Shown here: positions 10,287 to 21,720 of the stretch, piece by piece | How the letters are laid out: each line of letters begins with the position of its first letter | Numbering within the stretch: the stretch's first letter is position 1 | Assembly (NCBI RefSeq): GCF_006345805.1 | Contig: NW_021834049.1 | Location: forward strand, 1-27,353 | DNA length: 27,353 nucleotides | Direction of reading: 5' to 3' | From: Octopus sinensis | Taxonomy: Eukaryota | Notes under the pieces: generated by a model | Database searches by the model: none | What the model was told of the DNA's origin: nothing | What the model saw: only the letters and a program-made list of their open reading frames with translations | Program-made: the position numbers and the translations under genes

Positions 10287-10609
10287 AATCATTATTTATT
10301 ATTATTATTATTAATAATTATAATATTATGTCCGTTATTGTTGTTGTTCTATTTGTCCTTATCTTCATTATACTTTTCATGGTTGGGAAATATGATTGTT
10401 GTTGCTTTCGTTATTCGTGTTGCTTTTGTTGTCGTCGTAACTGTTTGTTACTTTTATTTGTAGCCTTTACATTTAATTCTTCTCATCACCCTTGGCTATG
10501 TGCCAAATCTGTAATGAGCTCCAACAGTTGTCACTGTTATAGTTGTTTTTTTTTTGTTTTATGTGTTTTTTTTTTATGTCTCTGGGGAAACCCTGAAATA
10601 ACCTGTAGA

Positions 10610-10818
10610 AAGGTGGTGGGAAGGTAGAATTTTCAACACGCTAAACAAAATGTTTAGCAGCATTTCTTCCGTGCTGACGTTCCGAGTTCAAATTGTGCCG
10701 AGGTCGATTTTGTCTTTCGTTCTTCTTAGTCAATAAGTACCAGTTGAGCAATGTGGGTATGGTAATCGACTAAACTCTTCCCCTAGAATTTCGGCCCGAG
10801 TACTCGTAATATAAAGTA
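10610..10818 (+). mobile_element. tRNA-derived SINE, type A end, diverged
   Basis: gagttcaaattgtgccgaggtcgat core; taagtaccagttgagca; aatttcggcccgagtactc..aaagtatt end. Confidence 0.75.
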
Positions 10819-10829
10819 TTGTTATTGAT

Positions 10830-11061
10830 GCAGGCGAGCTGGCAGAGACGTTAGCACACCGGGCGAAATGCTTAGCAGTATTTCGCCTGCCGTTACGTTC
10901 TGAGTTCAAATTCCGCCGAGGTCGTCTTTGCCTTTCATCCTTTCGGGGTCGATTAAATAAGTACCAGTTACGCACTGGGGTCGATATAATCGACTTAATC
11001 CGTTCGTCTATCCTTATTTGTCCCCTCTGCGTTTAGCCCCTTGTGGGTAGTAAAGAAATAG
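10830..11061 (+). mobile_element. Full-length tRNA-derived SINE, type B end
   Basis: A-box-like TGGCAGAGACGTTAGC, B-box GAGTTCAAATTCC, end gtttagccccttgtgggtagtaaagaaatag. Confidence 0.9.
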
Positions 11062-11402
11062 ATTATAGTATTTGTTGCTGTTATTGATATTATTCATAAA
11101 ACTGCCGTTTTCTTCATATTTCGATATTCTTGTTTTTACTTTCTTTTAAATGTATTTTTTAAATAATATTCTTAGTGATATCGTCACTTAAACCATCACA
11201 CTTAGCAATCGCCAGAGAAAGGTCCCTTCTCATGTGACATGCATTTATTTTCAAGAATTTTAAAGAAAACAAGACGTTTGAAGAATCTGTTGATTGTATG
11301 GAGAACAAACATTGATAAATCTGCAGATTACTAACAGGTAAAACTGAGTAGGTGATTTTTCCCACTCTCTGCAATGACAACATGTAAGTGCTTAGTGTAG
11401 AC

Positions 11403-11815
11403 TATGTAAATGCACGTGGTTTGAGGACAGTATGGGAGCGAGGAAACTCACTAAACTATCCTAACTTTCTAGCGTTAGAAGTGGTGTTTATCAGCAAAAT
11501 CTGGTTTTCTGAGACGCAATCGCTGACTGACAACCAGCGCTAAGCGTCTTACGGCCGGCTGAATCGAGATCCCTGGCATTGCTGTTTCGGAAAGATGTGG
11601 GACTAGAGAGCTGTTGGTTTCTCTAGAGCTGGATGGTGGATCAACGATCCTAGACCTGAGTAACTGTGGTACGTAATAGTGCTATAAATTACTGGTTATT
11701 TATTCTTTTAGAGGCAGAAAAGCTAGATTTCTTCAGGAACCTAGTAGCTTTTCCAAGAACATGCTGCTCATTATTGTTAGGGAGCGACTAGAATTTCTTC
11801 AATGCATCTCTTTTT
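11403..11815 (+). pseudogene. Degenerate apurinic-like endonuclease (ORF2 N-terminus) of a Tx1/L1-clade LINE
   Basis: YVNARGLR..LALEVVFI (cf. NVRGL..DV.FLQE), DGGSTILDLSN..KLLVIYS (cf. GR..VLD...LV.VYAP), LDFFRNL, LLLGSD*N (cf. LGDWN). Stops and frameshifts. Confidence 0.6.
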
Positions 11816-11847
11816 CCAAATAGGTAAGTTATGGGAGATACATAAAC

Positions 11848-12575
11848 AAACCAAAACAGGTTGTTAGATGGTGGGAGTAGAGCAAATATAGACACAAAGA
11901 CACACGCGCGCGCGCGCACACATGATAGGTTTCCACCAAATTCATTCGTAAGGCATTGGTCGGCCCAAAGCTATAGTAAAAGGCACCCAAAGTGAGGGTC
12001 TCATGGCTTTGACCTTAACTACTGAAAGTGTTAACATGTACGTGTAAAGATGGGCTACAATAAATATTCCTCCTGATGCCATAGATTTGAACTTAACCAG
12101 TTGAGCATGTCCCTCGGTGACTGACGATATGTGCATCCCTGATCATGAGCAGAAGTGGCTGAACATCATAATCATGGGACTACAACAAATAGTCTGCTCA
12201 ATGCCCCAGATTTGCTTGTCAGTTGCTTGATCATAACCAATTCAGCATGTCTTGTAGTGGTTGACAATATATACATCTCTGATCACGAGCTGAAATAGTG
12301 GGGAGGCGTCATAGCCATGTACTGAGAGGAATTCTTTGAGGTTTGAATAATTCACCTATGGAAACACCTCTTTACACGTACATGTTAACACTTTCAGTAG
12401 TTAAGGTCAAAGCCATGAGACCCTCACTTTGGGTGCCTTTTACTATAGCTTTGGGCCGACCAATGCCTTACGAGTGAATTTAGTGGAAACCTATCATGTG
12501 TGCGCGCGCGTGTGTGTGTGTGTCTTTGTGTCTATATTTTCTCTACTCCCACCATCTAACAACCTGTTTTGGTTT
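11848..12575. repeat. Near-perfect inverted duplication: arms 11848-12050 and 12369-12575, 318-bp spacer
   Basis: Arms differ by about 3 substitutions plus a (CA/CG)n length change. The left arm overlaps a fragment of a second SINE-like family starting near 11824. The spacer holds two diverged tandem copies of another repeat. Confidence 0.95.
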
Positions 12576-12785
12576 ACCATCCTTAAACAATCCTCATTCA
12601 GGAACGTTTTGAGCAGGATGGGCTACTCGACCTGAAGAAAATTGTAGCTGCAGCCCCACCTGCAACCGGATGAGCTCTATATCTTGAAATGAGTGCACCA
12701 TATCGCTCTCAGAGGGTTGTGATGCATATGCCTGGTGTACCCTTATCAGATGGGTTGTCATGAAGAGTATGATGGGCTTCGTATA

Positions 12786-13492
12786 CAGGGTGATTGAAAA
12801 GTAACTGCCTATTTTAAAATACTTATAATTTATTTAACTATAATTTTTAGAAAAAACGAATATGGACTTTTATTTAAAATTTGATATAGGCACCAGTATT
12901 CACCACCAGCTTCTGAAGCCGCCTGGGAAACACATCAACTGATTTCATCAGGAAGTCTTGTGGAATGAAAGACATAACTTCTCGTATCCGCCCTTCAAGT
13001 TCTTCTAAAGTCATTGGTTTGATAGAGAAGACTTTCTCCTTTAAACAACCCCAAAGAAAACAGTCGCAGTTTGTTAAATCAGGGCTTCTGGCCAGCCAGT
13101 CATGCGGACCTGGATGAATTGGAAGGGCGACCACTTCAAGTATCAGTTACAAATCCTGTAGTCATGAATTTTGCATGGCAATTCTTGATTATCTTTGCAT
13201 CAACTTGAGCATGTCTTCCTCTAATGGTCCTCCACCATCTTTGCACTTGAACAACTGATCTTCAAACTTCGTAATGTGCAGCTAGCTGGGCACGCTCCTG
13301 CACAGTAAAATATCCAGCCATGTTTGTAGAGCTTCTAAATTTCAAATAAAATAATCAATCTGAAAAAAAAACCCAGCATGGAATCAATTCCCATACATTA
13401 AAGAACATACACAACAAATTTGAGAAAAAAATTATAGTTAATAAATAAATTATAAGCATTTTACAATAGGGAGTTACTTTCCAATCACCCTG
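12786..13492 (-). mobile_element. Internally deleted Tc1/mariner-superfamily DNA transposon (707 bp)
   Basis: About 60-bp imperfect TIRs starting cagggtgatt, TA duplication at 12784-85 and 13493-94, transposase remnants inside. Confidence 0.92.
12874..13321 (-). pseudogene. Transposase remnant: N-terminal HTH fused out of frame to the C-terminal end
   Basis: ATG at 13321: MAGYFTVQERAQLAAHYEV*RSVVQVQRWWRTIRGRHAQVDAKIIKNCHAKFMTTGFVTDT*SGRPS, then WLARSPDLTNCDCFLWGCLKEKVF (cf. WPARSPDLTPCDFFLWGYLK). Confidence 0.88.
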
Positions 13493-13706
13493 TACTTGTA
13501 CCCCCATATTTCCTTGATGGCATGCACCGCTCTTTCACTCAGTGATGATGATAATAATAACAACAACATAAACAACAATAATAATAATAATAACTGTAAC
13601 TGTGAAAAAAATTCAGTGACGACATCAATATAAAATTTGACCTTGACAAGTGTGTAAAAACACACTTGTCAAAGTCAAATTCCATCAAACGTGGCAAACT
13701 GACAGC

Positions 13707-13925
13707 AAATACCTATTTCTTTACTACCCACAAGGGGCTAGACACAGAGGGTACAAACAAGGACAGACAAACGGATTAAGTCGATTACATCGACCCCAGT
13801 CCGCAACTGGTACTTAATTTATCGACCCCGAAAGGATTAAAGGCAAAGTCGACCTCGGCGGAATTTGAACCCAGAGCGTAACGGCAGACGAAATACCTAT
13901 TTCTTTACTACCCACAAGGAGCTAA
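13707..13925 (-). mobile_element. SINE type B tandem array, left part (continues at 15133-15335)
   Basis: aaatacctatttctttactaccc recurs at 13707 and 13891 (period 184); the second unit is broken by the TIR element. Confidence 0.9.
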
Positions 13926-14242
13926 GGATCGATTCCTTTTGATGGACGGAATTTTCTAGTTAATAAAACAATTTGAAAATTCGTATACTGGTAGAATGTG
14001 TCAAAAGAAAACATTATTGTAAACAAAATTGAAAACAAAATTGTAATTTGTAAGTTTAACGTAGTTTAATCCTTCGAATTTTAACCAATGAAATGCCAGC
14101 ATTTGAGCTCAAAACATTTGCTGCGTTATCGATATTGATAAACAAACATAGCAGACTCACGCCGCATACACACACACACACACACACACATATATTCAGA
14201 TACATACACATGTACACTTGCACACACACACACTCTCTGTCA

Positions 14243-14284
<42 letters not shown>

Positions 14285-15132
14285 CACATGCATATACATT
14301 TGCACAAGCACATAGTAATTAATATATAAGCGTACACACACATACGCACACAAGCATACATACACGTTCGTGAGTTCGCACTGGTGTCGATAGAATCGAC
14401 TTAATACTTTTGTATCTCATGCTTTGTCCCCTCTGTGTTTTGCCCCTTGCCGCAACAAATTTACACAAAAGGTAAATAAACCAGAAGGGGGGGTCAATGT
14501 TTCATCGTTTCGGGGTCGATAAATTAAGTACCAATTACGCACTGGTGTCGAGGATTTTTTTCCCAATTTATATCACAGCCTCCTACAAGCTGGGGCATCC
14601 TTTTATGAAAAGATATTTCACAAATTTTTACAATACGACCCACACTCCACGCGCACCCCCTAGACCGATTTAGGCATATTATTGTTTTGTTTTTGTTGTT
14701 TCTGGCGCTTCAAAACCATGGGCGAGAAGCCTTTTCGGTAAAAAAAAATAAAGAAAATATTCAAAAAATATCGTTAATATTTTTATTGGGCGACGAAATT
14801 CATCGATTTAAGAGATAGAGCTGTTATTTCTAGCACATGTCTCCTCCTTCCGCCTTTGTTTATCAATAGACAGAAGAGAGAAGGATGAATAACACGTGTG
14901 TGTGTGTGTGTGTGCTGTTTACGTTTTTAGACGCAGCAAATGATTTGAGCTCAACTATTGGCATTTCATTGGTTAAAATTCGAAGAATTAAACTACGTTA
15001 CACTTACAAATTACAATTTTGTTTTCAATTTTTGTTTACAATAATGTTTTTTTTTGACACATTCTACCTGTATACGAAGTTTAAAATTGTTTAGCTAACT
15101 AGAAAATTCCGTCTATCAAAAGGAAAAGATCC
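13926..15132. mobile_element. Non-autonomous TIR element, Merlin-like (GG..CC termini, 8-bp TSD)
   Basis: About 200-bp TIRs (13926-14126 and 14931-15132), GGATC..GATCC ends, flanks ggagctaa (13918-25) and ggggctaa (15133-40). Interior is microsatellites, SINE fragments and unique DNA, with no transposase. Superfamily call is inferred. Confidence 0.8.
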
Positions 15133-15335
15133 GGGGCTAAATACAGAGAGGACAAATAAGGACAGACAAACGGATTAAGTCGGTTATATCGACCCCAGTT
15201 CGTAACTGGTACTAATTTAATCGACCCCGAAAGGATGAAAGGCAAAGTCGACCTCAGCGGAATTTGAACTTAGAACGCAGCGGCAGTCGAACTACCGCTA
15301 GGCATTTCGCCCGGCGTGCTAACGTTTCTGTCCAA
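15133..15335 (-). mobile_element. SINE type B tandem array, right part including the head
   Basis: Resumes ggggctaaatacagagaggacaaa and ends gcatttcgcccggcgtgctaacgtttctg. Confidence 0.9.
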
Positions 15336-15339
15336 TTAT

Positions 15340-15540
15340 TTTCTACAAGGGCAGCTTGGGAGAAGGGATTAAGTCGATTAAATCGATCCCAGTGCGTAGC
15401 TGATATTTATGTAATCGACCCCGAAATGATGAGAGGCAAAGTCGACCTGAGCGGAATTTGAACTCAGAACGTAAAGCCAGACGAAATATCATGAAGTATT
15501 TTGTCCAGCGTGCTAACGATTTTGCCCTCTCGCCGCCTTA
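15340..15540 (-). mobile_element. tRNA-derived SINE, type C end
   Basis: caagggcagcttggg end (reverse complement of the end at 10270), core and head ..gtgctaacgattttgccctctcgccgcctta. Confidence 0.85.
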
Positions 15541-15574
15541 AAGATAATAATAATAATAATAATAACAATAATAA

Positions 15575-15640
<66 letters not shown>

Positions 15641-15641
<1 letters not shown>

Positions 15642-16787
15642 GAAATAACGAATGACTGGATGCTAAAGCTCGTGGAAAATCACGAGAGACGAAAGAAGCT
15701 TCATTCTATTATAAAGGAAATCAAAAAATTTGCTATTGATCTCGTGCAGGATACCCAAACTGAACAACCCGCGGGAAGTACGGCAACTATTGTTGCAAAG
15801 AAGGTGAAAATAATGGCAACGAAAAAAGCGCACGAGCAATTGGTTGATAGGTGGGAGGAGAAACCTCTGCACGGCAAATATGTGACCCGCAGCAAACAAG
15901 CTGATGTTGACCAGAAGCAAACCCATCAGTGGCTACGGAGCTCAGGGCTAAAAGCAGAGAGCGAAGGTTTCATCCTGGCTGCTCAAGATCAAAGCCTATA
16001 TACCCGGAACTACCAGGACAATGTGATGAAAAATGGAGCAGACCCAAAATGCCGATTCTGCAACGACATGATTGAAACAGTGGACCACCTAATCTCTGGA
16101 TGTAAAGTCTTAGCACCAGTGGAGTATAAATTAAGACATGACACAGTTGGCCAATATCTACACTGGCTAATAAGTCGGCATTACAATATCAAAACTGCCG
16201 ACAAGTGGTATAATCACCACCCTGAAGCTGTAACTGAAGGAGAAAATTTAACGATTCTGTGGGACTTTCCAGTACATACAGACCGAACCATCAAAGCCAA
16301 TAAACCAGATATTGTTTGTGAAGAGACCAAAACAATAAAGTTTGCTTATTGATCGACGTGAGCATCCCCTGTGATCATAATATCTCGGCGAAGAGTTTGA
16401 CAAGCTCAGAAAATATAAAGACCTGCTCATTGAAATTGAGAAAATGTGCATCTCATGGCGGTTACAATACCAGTGATCGTAGGAGCACTAGGAATGATCA
16501 AGAAGGGAACCGAAAATTATATGAGAATGATCCCTGGCTTACCATCCCTGCAAGAAGTGCAAAAGATTGTCTTAACTGGTACATCACACGTATTGAGAAG
16601 AGCATTGTCGATGTGAGAACTATTACTACCCATGTATTTTAATTAAACTTAAAAAAATTTTTTTTTAAATGAACGAACTAGTGAGTTTAGTTTAATGGCC
16701 TACCAATGTATACTATGAGTTTCTTTGCCCTAGGAGTCGGGAAGACACTCTGCAAGAAATGGAAGCAAATTTGAAAGAAGAAAAAAA
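15641..16787 (+). mobile_element. 5'-truncated R4/Dong-clade RLE retrotransposon (copy B) inserted in (TAA)n
   Basis: WEEKPLHGKY, ESEGFILAAQDQ, CCHC knuckle CRFCNDMIETVDHLISGC, RHD, NKPDIV, LIDVSIP..KYKDL, IPVIVGALGMI. About 3 frameshifts near 16320/16390/16447, stop at 16614-16, then 3' UTR. (TAA)n at 15543-15640 and 16788-16870. Confidence 0.92.
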
Positions 16788-16795
16788 ATAATAAC

Positions 16796-16830
<35 letters not shown>

Positions 16831-16879
16831 TAATAATAATAATAATAATAATAATGATAATAATAATAACAACAACAAT

Positions 16880-17149
16880 ACATGGGTGTTTTGTTCAACA
16901 TCCTTGAACAACCGTTATTCAGGGACCTTTTGTGCAGGATGAGTTACTCGACCAGAAGAAAAGTCTAGCTGGGCCCCACCTGCAAGGTCATGTGATGTCT
17001 ATCTTGATATGAGATCACCATGTCATGCACATATGGTTGTGATGCATGTGCCTAGTGTACCCTTATCAGATGGGTAGTCATTGTGGGTATATTGGGCTTC
17101 GGTATATTTTACTAGTGTCACTCTGATGGCATGAACTCCTCTCTCACTC

Positions 17150-17152
<3 letters not shown>
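16880..17152 (+). mobile_element. Dispersed repeat family S with an (AAT)n tail to about 17220
   Basis: Homologous to the split copy at 12576-13550; ends ctctctcactc(aat)n. Confidence 0.8.
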
Positions 17153-17208
<56 letters not shown>

Positions 17209-17224
17209 TAATAATAATACACAA

Positions 17225-17430
17225 TGTTCTTCACCATCACCAACCTGCCTGGTGACTATGGTAAAAGAAGTTGTACGTTGGATGTGTGAAAGCAGTCAAA
17301 TTCTTCGAATATCACGTGAGGAGGAATGCGTATGTAGAGAGGCTTGCACTCTATCTGGTAAATCTATGAAAGCTTGGTAAATGTGGTGAAATTAGCCGCT
17401 CTAAATGGGCGTACACTAATAATACAACAT
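17225..17430 (+). pseudogene. Probable 3' end of a Tx1/L1-like ORF2, highly decayed
   Basis: Frameshifted peptides MVKEVVRWM, KFFEYHVRRNAYVER, LVNVVKLAALNGRTL resemble Tx1-like C-termini; recognised from memory only. Confidence 0.4.
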
Positions 17431-17889
17431 GAGATTGCAACAAAACGTGGAACACTGTTAATGCCGGATAAGATGACAAATTAAATCGGCTTCAGCTTAG
17501 TGGTTTGCAACTCTCAAGAACGTCAAAATACTGCCTTACTAAGACTTCCTAAGATTGAAATGACACTTGCTTTGAGTGTATCAGGATAAACAAGGATTAT
17601 GTGGCTGCCTCCTCCCAGAACGTTCTCTCATGGTATTCTTCCATACCCTTATTGATGGTATATCATAAGCATATAATATTTATTATTTTCTCATTGTTCT
17701 TATTATCTCGCTCTTTAACTCTACGTAAATCCACCCACGTCTACCCACTGTTGCATGTACGTTTCTGTCTATATCTTTGCTATTGTTGATTTTTTTTTCT
17801 TTTTCCCTTTTGTTTTTTGCACTTCATCTCTGTATAGTCTCCAAAGTTTAGGGCTTCTGTGGCCAATAAATGAAATCAATATCACTTAA

Positions 17890-18314
17890 TCGATGCTGTT
17901 GTTGTTGTTATTATCGTCGTCGACGCTGTTGTAATTATTGTTATTGTTGCTGTTGTTGTTGTTACAGTCAGCGTCCTTATTTTCATGGCTCTTTGTCTTT
18001 AGTATTGTTGTTCGTATTTTGTTTCTACCTTTTTTTTTATATTAATATTATTATCGTCACACATATTTACTACTATAATTATTATTATCATTATCATTAA
18101 TATCATTGTTATTGTTATTATCATTACTATTATTATCATGATCATTTTTTATTGCTGTCGTTATTATTATCATTATTATCCTTATTACTGTTATTATTAC
18201 TACTATTGAGGTTGCTACTGTTATTATTATCATCTTCATCGTTCATTATTGTTGTTGTTGTTATAATCATCATTATTATTGTTATCACTATTATTATTAT
18301 TATTATTATTATTA

Positions 18315-18345
<31 letters not shown>

Positions 18346-18527
18346 CATATTACTATTAATATTATTATCGTTATTTATTATTATTAATATTATTATTATC
18401 ATTATTATTATTATATTTATTATTATTATTGTTATTGTTATTATTATTATTATTATATTTATTATTATTATTATTATCATTATTATTATTATCATTATTA
18501 TTATTATATTTATTATTATTATTGTTA

Positions 18528-18568
<41 letters not shown>

Positions 18569-18867
18569 CATTATTATTATTTTCATTATTATTATTATTA
18601 TTGTTATTATTTCGTTGTTCTTGTAGTTGTTGCTGTCGTTTTTGAAGGTGGTGGTGACGGGAATGATGATGATGATGATGGTATTATTGTTGTTGATTTC
18701 ATTGTTCTTATCATCACTAATCAATAATAAAGGTATTGTTACACTCGATGACGTTTGTTTATTTGTTTGCTTTGTTTTGTTTTGTTTGTTTTCTTGTTTT
18801 GGGAATGTGTGTGTGTGTGTGTGTGGCTATGAGTGCACGATTATCAGAAGTGTGCGTGCGCGTGTAC

Positions 18868-18898
<31 letters not shown>

Positions 18899-19513
18899 CG
18901 TGAGTGTTTGTACATGTCTGGATATGGGTGTACATATTTGTTTACATGCCTGTATGCGTTACGTTTGTTTGTATATAAATGTATGTGCATACGTGCATAG
19001 GTGCGCGCGCATGCTTGCATGAATGCATGAATGCATGCACGCATGTGCGAGTCTGTGTTTGTATCTGTTTCATAGTTTTGTCATCGCTATTGTTCGTGTG
19101 TCGTTTTTCAATGTTATTAGTGTCGGTTGGTCGGTTGGCAGGTCGGTCGACTTGTTGGTCGGTTGGTCGGTCGGTCGGTTTGTTGGTAGGATTTCGGTTG
19201 GTCGATTGAGTTCTGCTGTTGCTGTTGCTGCTGCTGCTGCTGATGATGATGATGACAATGATGACGATGATGATGATGACTCGGTTATTGTTCTTGCTGC
19301 CATTGTTTTGCTTTTGTGTTTTCTTTCTTTCTTTCTTATTTTCTTTCTCTTTATATTTTTCCTTGTCGCTACTACCGCTAATCCTGATGATGTTTGATAG
19401 TGCCCATGTTAGATGTTGTTCTTGTTGATAATGGCGTTAGCATAGCTCTTAATGCTGGCTGGTGCTGTTGTGCAGCTGATATTATTATTGGAGTTGTTGT
19501 TGTTGTTGTTGCT

Positions 19514-19558
<45 letters not shown>

Positions 19559-19712
19559 GGTGATGACGATGAGGGTGATAATGATGATTATGATGACGAT
19601 GATGGTGATGATTATGATCGTGACGACAATGATGACGATGGTGATGATGATGATGGTGATGATGATCGTGACGAAGACACCGATGATGATATGATGTTGA
19701 TGAGGATGATGG

Positions 19713-19743
<31 letters not shown>

Positions 19744-19948
19744 AGTGACGAAGACACCGATGATCATATGACGATGATGACGACGACGGTGAAGACGGTG
19801 ACGACGACGACGACAACGATGATGATGGTGATGACGCCTATGGCGACGACGGCGATGATAATGATGGTGGTGGTGAAGATGATCACAACGACGATGATCA
19901 AGAAGGGAAGGAGGAGGAGGAGGAGGGGGGAGGGGTGAAGGAGGTTGA

Positions 19949-19979
<31 letters not shown>

Positions 19980-20053
19980 GATTGGGATGATTACGATGAT
20001 GACAATGAAATTGACGAGGAAGACAGAGAGGATAAATTAATGATGATGATTAC

Positions 20054-20084
<31 letters not shown>

Positions 20085-20085
20085 G

Positions 20086-20148
<63 letters not shown>

Positions 20149-20287
20149 TGCTGATGGTATTGAAGTTAAAACTGCTGTTGTTCCCCCATATTCCTGTTCC
20201 CTCAGTTAATGTTGTTGTTTTTATTGCAGTAGCTATTGTCCTTATTGCTGTTGTCATTGCTGTTGTTGCCTCTATTGTTACTGCTGC

Positions 20288-20325
<38 letters not shown>

Positions 20326-20764
20326 TTGCTGCTGTTGTGGATTTTATTCCGGTTGCATTGGTCCCATATTGTTTTTGCTTATTCATTTCTTTTTGTTGTT
20401 TCCTCCTTCATTCTCTCCCTTCCCCCACCACACACCGTTTTCCTCCCCCGGTTGCTTCGCTTTCTGACGCATCCACCACCTTACTTTACCAGTGCATTTG
20501 CCGTCAGCATCAATGAAAAGCAGCGGCGGCGGCGGCATTTGCTCCGATGCCGCTAAACCGCCGCGCCGCCGCTCCAACACCATCGCTCCCACATCGCCGC
20601 CGCCGCCGCCGCCACCGCCTCTTCCAAACTCATTCCGTTACTAATGCTGCCTCTACTTTCATTTTTATGCTACTCTTGCGTTTGCGCTGACAACACGCAT
20701 ACGCACACACATATATGCATATATATATATAATATATATATATATATATAATATAATATATATA

Positions 20765-20811
<47 letters not shown>

Positions 20812-21720
20812 ATATATATATATATATATATATATTTAAAATGCTTGGGAGAGAAGGCAGCAGTAGCAAATTATATTCATCAATCAGTGATAAATCCAGC
20901 ACCGCATCAGTAAGGCAGATCAATATTTATAATAAGCAGCACACGTTAAGATTGTTAAGTTCCACAAAACAAATCACGTTACTTTTATTTCCCTCTTTAC
21001 TTCTCCATTTTTGTTTGTTTGTTTGCTTATTTGTATTTGTATTTGTATTTGTGTTTTTTTCTTCTTCGTTTTGTATATATTCAACAGTCCACCCTCCCGA
21101 TCTTTTAGTCGTGTGACGTCACCATTCGAATTTTTCTTTTTATTACAGATTTCAGGACGAAAAATGGAATAATCTTTATTTGTGTAAAAAAAAAAAAAAT
21201 AAGAAAAAAACATTAAAGTAACAGAAATAAAAATAAAAATCGCATCCGAAGGAATTCTTAAATTGCGATGTTATGTGCAGATGAGTGTCTTTTTGTTTCA
21301 GTTTGTAGATATTATTAACATCATCATCATCATCATTATCATCATCATCAACCATCATCATTCTCAACACTCATCATCATTATGATGATGATTATCATCA
21401 TCATCGTCATTGTCGTCGTCATCATCATCATCTTTATCATCAACATTATAATCATTTAAATAAAAGAAATCTTTTTTTTTATTTCTGTTGTTTGTTTTCA
21501 TTGCATCTTGAAATTTCTTTTTTTTTTTTTGCATTTCTCACTTCTCCCTCTCCTAGAACTACCGTCTTCAGTTCATTCATTATTCCTACATTTTCACGCA
21601 TCTATTCTTTAATTCCAGTAATCTCTTCCATCTGCTATTTGTGTAAGATTACCCATTTCTGGTGCTGGCACTTAACTGATGATGATGACGATGACAATGA
21701 TGATGATGATGATGATTAAA
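17890..21720. repeat. About 3.8-kb block of compound trinucleotide and dinucleotide repeats: (ATT), (GAT), (GTT), (GCT), (TAG), (CGC), (CAT), (TA), (GGTY)
   Basis: Directly visible; generates the poly-I/L/D/H/S ORFs. Confidence 0.95.

Larger units (their letters stand above)
12576..13550 (+). mobile_element. Dispersed repeat family S (AAT-tailed retroposon-like), split by the Tc1/mariner insertion (12576-12785 and 13493-13550)
   Basis: Colinear with 16880-17152 (catcctt.aacaa..attcagg..ccccacctgcaa..gtacccttatcagatggg..gggcttcg|..gatggcatg..ctct.tcactca). Confidence 0.8.

Noticed and set aside
10830-10920. tRNA gene
   Set aside because: A- and B-box-like motifs are present but no cloverleaf is evident, and it is the head of a multi-copy SINE.
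9939-11061. CRISPR-like array of recurring palindromic motifs
   Set aside because: The repeats are SINE cores about 180-230 bp long with no unique spacers and no cas genes, in a eukaryotic context.
11159-11383. 74-aa minus-strand ORF in unique-looking DNA
   Set aside because: No recognisable motif or convincing splice pair; may be the decayed upstream part of the Tx1-like remnant.
12600-12670. Ribozyme in family S (CTGAAGA near 12631)
   Set aside because: No matching GAAA/stem III, and the second copy reads CAGAAGA; only a simple hairpin can be drawn.
15501-16352. 283-aa ORF as a host gene with a poly-N tract
   Set aside because: The N-terminus is a SINE head plus (AAT)n; the rest is truncated Dong ORF without the RT core.
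18142-20556. Poly-I/L/D/H/S ORFs as acidic or His-rich proteins
   Set aside because: Trinucleotide repeats open in multiple frames on both strands, with no unique coding flanks.
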